Source: Deltaproteobacteria bacterium
Lineage (GTDB): Bacteria > Desulfobacterota_D > UBA1144 > Nemesobacterales > CSP1-2
NCBI GenBank assembly: GCA_052390235.1
Contig: JBQTHB010000003.1
Span: forward strand, 224,001 to 288,000
Length of the DNA: 64,000 nt
Direction: 5' to 3'
A program made the translations under genes and the position numbers. The notes under the pieces are model-generated. The model was not told the origin of the DNA and made no database searches. It saw only the letters and a program-made list of their open reading frames with translations. Below are positions 59,148 to 64,000 of this stretch, piece after piece (within the stretch, counting starts at the first letter, position 1; the number at the start of each line of letters is the position of its first letter).

Positions 59148-60446
59148 TTAGCGTCTGGCTTTGTCCGGCGGCATCCCCCCTCGGTCTAGGGAGAACGTAG
59201 AGCCGCCGAGGCGCCCCGGCTCGAATTCCGAATCCCCCATGCTCTTGCGGTAAAATTCCGAGAGTTGAGGGGAGGCGTCCTGCCCCTCGTTCATCGCAAT
59301 GCAGGGCTTCACAAAAGCGCAGGTGGAGCAGTTCTCCCTAGATGGGCTTGGATAAATCCGAACCTCAGGATTTGCCATCTCCATAGCCTCCATCACGATT
59401 TGCCGCCCGAAATTCTCAATTGCCGCCCGGCTCCTCGGAACGTGCGTGCGGCGAAAGGAATCCCCGCAGAACGTCTGTTTCATCGTGAAATCGGGTTCTC
59501 GTATAGCTTGCAGATAAATACGGCGCGAGGGGCTAGCTTTGGGGGCGGGGTTTGGTTTATTTGGAAAATTCGAGGGATTAGAGGGGATTTGCCCGCCCGA
59601 TGGGGATGAGTCCTTGCGAAGCTCGTTATAGACGACGCCCGCGATTTTCATTCCGGGGAAATAGCTCTCAAGCGCCCAGCAGTGAGAGAGTTCCCGCTCG
59701 TCGAGCAGGAGATTTTCCGCATACTCCCACGCGCCTTCCACGACCCTGTGTTTAATTATCCAGTAGGCGTTATATTCGTCCACCGCGAGCAGATTCACAC
59801 GCCCCCTGTAGCGTATGGGCAGAACGGGAATGGCGCCGGGAACAACCAAATCCTGCCCCGGGCGGGCGGGGTCTGGGATATTCACCTCGAAATCCGGCTC
59901 AACCTGAATCGGCGAGAAATCGTCAACCGAAGCCGCCCACTCGAAATAGCGATTCAGCATCAGCTCGCCGAAGGCTAGTTGCGCCTCATGGTCAGGGGAC
60001 TCCATCCCGCCGCCGCCGAATTTATCCCTCTGATTGCGCATAGATTTATAGAACCCCTCAATTACGAGCGGCAGGACAATTCGGCGATTCCACTCCCACA
60101 TACCGGGGAAATAATATACGGCAAGGGCGTCGCTTATAGCCCGCTGAAAGTCAAGCGCCCGTGATGTTCCGACCGGCTCGAAATTCCCCCGCTCGCCGCT
60201 TTGAAAATTCCAAGCGCGCCGACACCTCTTAAATAGCTCTCTTTCCTGAGTGCGGATGATATAAGCCCACGCCACCGAGGTTTTCCCCTTTTTTGGGTGT
60301 GATGATTCGGCAGGGAGCGGCTCGATTTGCGCCGCCGGGCGGCTACTGTTGGGAGCGCGTGGAGGGGTCGAAATCAGCAGAGGGGGAGATTGAGCGTCCG
60401 GCGCGTCGGATGAAAAAAAGCCGCCATCGCCATAGTTCAATTTCAA
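59148..60446 (-). CDS. Cas4/AddB-like PD-(D/E)XK-fold protein with 4-Cys motif, degenerate active site (start uncertain)
   Basis: FKRCRRAW near N-terminus plus PSPSRENCSTCAFVKPC; YRGRVNLL...YWIIKHR at the catalytic motif positions. Confidence 0.7.
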   Translation of the reverse strand: MKLNYGDGGFFSSDAPDAQSPPLLISTPPRAPNSSRPAAQIEPLPAESSHPKKGKTSVAWAYIIRTQERELFKRCRRAWNFQSGERGNFEPVGTSRALDFQRAISDALAVYYFPGMWEWNRRIVLPLVIEGFYKSMRNQRDKFGGGGMESPDHEAQLAFGELMLNRYFEWAASVDDFSPIQVEPDFEVNIPDPARPGQDLVVPGAIPVLPIRYRGRVNLLAVDEYNAYWIIKHRVVEGAWEYAENLLLDERELSHCWALESYFPGMKIAGVVYNELRKDSSPSGGQIPSNPSNFPNKPNPAPKASPSRRIYLQAIREPDFTMKQTFCGDSFRRTHVPRSRAAIENFGRQIVMEAMEMANPEVRIYPSPSRENCSTCAFVKPCIAMNEGQDASPQLSEFYRKSMGDSEFEPGRLGGSTFSLDRGGMPPDKARR

Positions 60447-60536
60447 CCTAAGGGCGCGGGTTTGTCAAGGATTTAAGCGAAAAATTCACGATGCAGAGGG
60501 TGTAGAATAAATAATCCTGCCCACGTCCCGTACTTT

Positions 60537-60905
60537 GCTTTGGCAGGCTCAGGATACACTGCGTCGAAGGGCGCAAATGAAAATAAAAGGCAATCAGATT
60601 CCTCTGTGCGTTCGGAATGACAGAGGTGAGAGTCTCTGAGAGATAGGGGCGAGGCGTTCGCAGTGGTAGTCTTTTGATCATTTCGCCCTTTCGCTACTTG
60701 TCATTTCGAGTGAAACGAGAAATCCCGAAAAAGATACCGGTTTGAGCTAACACGCCCCGTCTCCTTGAGATACCCCCTCCTTGAGAAGTGGAGAAAAGCT
60801 ATCCTCATAGGCGATTTCTTCTCCCATGAGAACAGAAATCCTGAGCCCTTCGGCAGAGCCTGTACTGAGGGATGGATTCCCGCACAACAGACGCCGTAAG
60901 AACAA
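60537..60905. repeat. Composite palindromic repeat cluster
   Basis: GCTCAGG...GTCGAAGG...AGATTCCTCTGTGCGTTCGGAATGACA, TGTCATTTCGAGTGAAACGAGAAATCC, ATGGATTCCCGC. Confidence 0.7.
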
Positions 60906-60947
60906 CATCTCACATCCTGTTCGCCCGCGCCCGCGCAGTTCGGAGCG

Positions 60948-61808
60948 TTAGAGCAGCAGAACCCCTTTGAGCCGGTAATAAAATAGGATTAGATAGTAGA
61001 ATACGGGGAAAACCAGTATGAGGCTGTCGAAGCGGTCAAGCGCGCCGCCGTGTCCGGGCAGTAGCGCGCCCGAATCCTTCGCCCCGACGCTCCGCTTGAT
61101 TAGGGATTCGATGAGGTCTCCGACGACGGCGACTCCCCCGACGGCGACCCCGAGAAATAGCGCCCAGGCGTAGGGCAGAGGGGATGCGAAAATGAGATTG
61201 ACGACCGCTCCTGTTAGAGCCGAAGCCGCCAGCCCTCCGACAGCGCCTTCGAGCGTTTTTCCGGGGCTAATGGCGGGGATGAGTTTCCGCCTCCCCTTCC
61301 ATTTCCCGGCGAAATACGCTCCGGCGTCGTTTAGAAACGTGCAGGCGACGGCAAAAACTATATAAAAAAATCCGGCGTCCCTCATGCCCCCGAGCGCATC
61401 CGACTGAGCCTGCGCAGCGCCGATATTTCTAATGAGAACGGCGTGGCTCAGGAATAATCCTATATAGACCACTCCGAGTAGAGCCGCAGCAGGCTCTGCG
61501 ACTGCGCTGGAGAAATCCCGCCGCCGAAGCTGTAGGGAGAGTATTGCCGCCGCCGCTAACGTAAATCCGGCAAGGAGCGGAATGTATCCGAAGTACGCCG
61601 CTACCGGAAGGACGAGACTCGCCACAAGCCCCGCCCGCGCCTCTGCCGATACTCGAGCGGATTTAAATAAATTCGATAATTCGAGATGGCACGCGAGGGC
61701 AACAATGAGTATGAACGCGAGAAACCACGCCCCGCCCCGATGGAATAGGAACAGCAATACGGGAACTCCAAAGGCGGCGGTAAGCACTCGCTGAAGTAGG
61801 TTGCTCAT
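60948..61808 (-). CDS. cdsA: Phosphatidate cytidylyltransferase
   Basis: ISPGKTLEG, GDLIESLIKRSVGAKDSG...PGHGGALDRFDS; start moved to ATG 61808. Confidence 0.93.
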   Translation of the reverse strand: MSNLLQRVLTAAFGVPVLLFLFHRGGAWFLAFILIVALACHLELSNLFKSARVSAEARAGLVASLVLPVAAYFGYIPLLAGFTLAAAAILSLQLRRRDFSSAVAEPAAALLGVVYIGLFLSHAVLIRNIGAAQAQSDALGGMRDAGFFYIVFAVACTFLNDAGAYFAGKWKGRRKLIPAISPGKTLEGAVGGLAASALTGAVVNLIFASPLPYAWALFLGVAVGGVAVVGDLIESLIKRSVGAKDSGALLPGHGGALDRFDSLILVFPVFYYLILFYYRLKGVLLL

Positions 61809-61872
61809 GAGAGTTATCGGGATATAATTTCCATGAAATGGGCATTTATGCAAATCCGAGGACGGAGGGGAA

Positions 61873-62643
61873 ATGACAGCGATAGAGCCGATATACCGCC
61901 CCAAGCCGGGGGGCGAGCCAATGAGCATAGCGGTTTTCCTCTCAGGCGAGGGGAGCAATCTCATCGCCCTGTATGAAGAGCAGAGGAGATTCGAGCGGGC
62001 GGGCAGGAGATTAGCCGGAATTGACGCCGTCTTTACAAACGCCCCCGACTGCCGCGGAGCGGCTAGGGCAAGGGAGCTTGGGATTCCCGTCGCAAGCCTC
62101 TCATCAAAATCCTATTTCGATATTCTGGGAATCAGCCCCGACGACGATGCCGCAAGGGATTATTTCGACGCCGCTTCCATTGCCATGGTTCAGAGCCTCT
62201 GCCGCCCGGATTTAATTGTTCTCGCCGGATACAGGAGGAAGGTCGGCAGGCTCTTTTGCAGGCGATACGAGAATAGAATTGTCAATCTCTACCCCGGGGA
62301 CATCACAAAGCCGTATCTCGTCAGAGGCGTTGACGCGGGGATTCAAGCCCTCAGAGCGGGGGAGGACTCAATTAAATGCACGGTCTATCTCCAAGGCGAG
62401 GCGGAGCGTTTCGGGAGGGCAATAGCGCAGTCCCCTCCGGTATCGCTCCGAGGGTTCTTGGAGCAGGATGCGGCGCGGATTCAGGAGAAAATCAGAGCCG
62501 AGGGGGAGTGGAAGGTGTTTGCTTTCGCCGTTTTCGAGCTTATCGCGGCAGGCAGAGCGGGCGCGGACACAGAGGGGAATATCTACATTGACGGCGAGAG
62601 GGTAGAGGGCGGGGGATGGCAATTTAATAAAAGCGGCGTTTAA
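61873..62643 (+). CDS. PurN-like formyltransferase, atypical active site
   Basis: AVFLSGEGSNL, PDLIVLAGY; NLYPG where NIHP is expected. Confidence 0.7.
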   Translation: MTAIEPIYRPKPGGEPMSIAVFLSGEGSNLIALYEEQRRFERAGRRLAGIDAVFTNAPDCRGAARARELGIPVASLSSKSYFDILGISPDDDAARDYFDAASIAMVQSLCRPDLIVLAGYRRKVGRLFCRRYENRIVNLYPGDITKPYLVRGVDAGIQALRAGEDSIKCTVYLQGEAERFGRAIAQSPPVSLRGFLEQDAARIQEKIRAEGEWKVFAFAVFELIAAGRAGADTEGNIYIDGERVEGGGWQFNKSGV

Positions 62644-62730
62644 TGGCTGGCGGCTAGTTTTTTTTTGGTCTCGAAACTAAAAACTCGAAACTCTATTTCC
62701 ATTCCAGAGAATTGACCCCGCCCCCCATAA

Positions 62731-63729
62731 TCACTTAAGCGCCGTTATCACGCTAGAGGGAATGGCTTCTATCTCGTAGAATCTGATATTTCTAAAGCCG
62801 AGCTTCTGAAGCCATTTTATTATATCGCTTCTCTTATAAGCGTCTCCCTCAGGGGTTACCGACATAACGCTGAGGGCGAAAACGGCGGACGGCAGAGGGC
62901 GATACTCTTTCTCATCCATAGCGAAGCCGTGAATGACGACCATGCCTCCGACCTCGAGCGCGTCGTGGACTTTTTTAAGGAGTTTCATGTTTTCATCCGG
63001 GCTGAACATCTGGAGGATATTGGCGAGGAGAATTAAATCGTAGTTGAGTTTATCGAAATCGAGCGCTGCGAAATCCCCGGCTATGCAGGATACGCGGTCT
63101 TCAAGGTCGTATTTTTTGATATACTCCCTTGCCACGTCAAGCGCCTTGGGCAGGTCAAAGACCATTGCGCGCAGGAGGGGGTATCTCTTAGCCCACTCAA
63201 GCGAATACGTGCCTGCGCCGCCGCCTACGTCGAGCATCCTCCTGCGGGAGGAAATATCCACGGATTTGAGTATCGCCCGGCTTGCCTCTCTGGCTATCTC
63301 GTGCATCCCCCGCGCGAAGGTTTTAAATTCGGCCTCGTCGTGGGAGTATAGCTCCTTCATGGTTACGACGGGCTTGCCGCTTCTGACGACTTTTGAGGCG
63401 TCCGACCATACATACCAGAAATAGTGCAGAAGCTCCATGTAGTTGCGAAGGGAGGAGTCGCCCCCCGAAAGCAGAGCGCCCCTGAGATTGTCGGGAAGCT
63501 CGTATTTGTCCCCCTCTTTCACAAGCGCGCCCATAGCGGCAAGGGCGTTTGCGAGCGCTCTTACCCCCCTTTCACTCGCCCTCAGCTCCCAGGCAAGCTC
63601 CGTAACCGTCTTAGCGCCCTTCTCCAGAGCGTCGAAAAGCCCCATCTCGTGGGCGGTAAAGAGGGTTTTCGATTCCATAAATCCGCGCATGATTTTAATC
63701 AAATCCCTAGGGTCGGTAGCGGTGTTCAT
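62731..63729 (-). CDS. SAM-dependent O-methyltransferase with dimerisation domain
   Basis: N-terminal winged helix, LDVGGGAG, FDLP, AGDF. Confidence 0.88.
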   Translation of the reverse strand: MNTATDPRDLIKIMRGFMESKTLFTAHEMGLFDALEKGAKTVTELAWELRASERGVRALANALAAMGALVKEGDKYELPDNLRGALLSGGDSSLRNYMELLHYFWYVWSDASKVVRSGKPVVTMKELYSHDEAEFKTFARGMHEIAREASRAILKSVDISSRRRMLDVGGGAGTYSLEWAKRYPLLRAMVFDLPKALDVAREYIKKYDLEDRVSCIAGDFAALDFDKLNYDLILLANILQMFSPDENMKLLKKVHDALEVGGMVVIHGFAMDEKEYRPLPSAVFALSVMSVTPEGDAYKRSDIIKWLQKLGFRNIRFYEIEAIPSSVITALK

Positions 63730-63749
63730 TAAATTTGGAACTCCATAGG

Positions 63750-64000
63750 TTAAGTTTCGATTTTTACGTCCGCGCCTTCAATCACGATTCTATAAGTCTT
63801 GAGCGGATAAGAAGCGTCTCTGAGGCATACGCCGGTTTTTACCTCGAACATCCAGCCGTGATTGGGGCAGAGGATTCTGCCCTGATAGACCGGGGCGTAG
63901 GTAAGCGGGAATCCCTCATGGGGGCAGGCATTGCGCACCGCGCACAGCTCGCCGCCGAGGTTGATTACGGCGACTTCCCTGCCGTTGATGATGACAATTT
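63750..64000 (-). CDS. Rieske-type ferredoxin (5' end beyond window)
   Basis: NACPHEG...ILCPNHGWMF (CxH...CxxH); frame stays open to the window end. Confidence 0.85.
   Translation of the reverse strand, partial: IVIINGREVAVINLGGELCAVRNACPHEGFPLTYAPVYQGRILCPNHGWMFEVKTGVCLRDASYPLKTYRIVIEGADVKIET

Noticed and set aside
59148..60446. CRISPR-Cas locus suggested by the Cas4-like gene
   Set aside because: No cas1, cas2, effector genes or repeat-spacer array in the window.

Overview
64-kb piece of a moderately GC-rich chromosome from a diderm bacterium (it encodes a TonB-dependent receptor, an outer-membrane beta-barrel, a lipocalin and a sigma-54 activator; the housekeeping genes look deltaproteobacterial/Dadabacteria-like, which is an impression only). 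About 1-30 kb and 61-64 kb are mostly housekeeping and stress genes: a cobalamin riboswitch ahead of a btuB-like gene, livHMGF, prmA, mtnA, a dksA-like gene, obgE, RNase II, tRNA-Gln, ispE, msrAB, mazG, apgM, a nitrilase, an ECF sigma/anti-sigma pair, bolA-grxD and cdsA. The central ~30 kb, almost all on the minus strand, is a putative trace-gas chemolithoautotrophy supercluster. It has a group 1h (high-affinity, 'actinobacterial-type') [NiFe]-hydrogenase, hhySL, with accessory and hyp genes but no hypB. Directly upstream lies a Calvin-cycle operon: transaldolase-like gene, red-type (form IE-like) cbbL, cbbS, cbbX, prk, a small Cys-rich ORF and tkt. No CbbR is adjacent. Instead the operon starts at a consensus sigma-54 promoter (TGGCACGGCAGTTGC) with IHF-like sites and TGAGAC-N6-GTCTCA upstream elements. 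Nearby are a sigma-54 activator with an N-terminal Rossmann (possible NAD(P)H-sensing) domain and a MEDS-HxlR regulator placed between the cbb and hhy operons. A family of TGTCATT...AATGACA palindromic repeats is scattered through intergenic regions. All assignments come from motif recognition by eye; no database searches were run.
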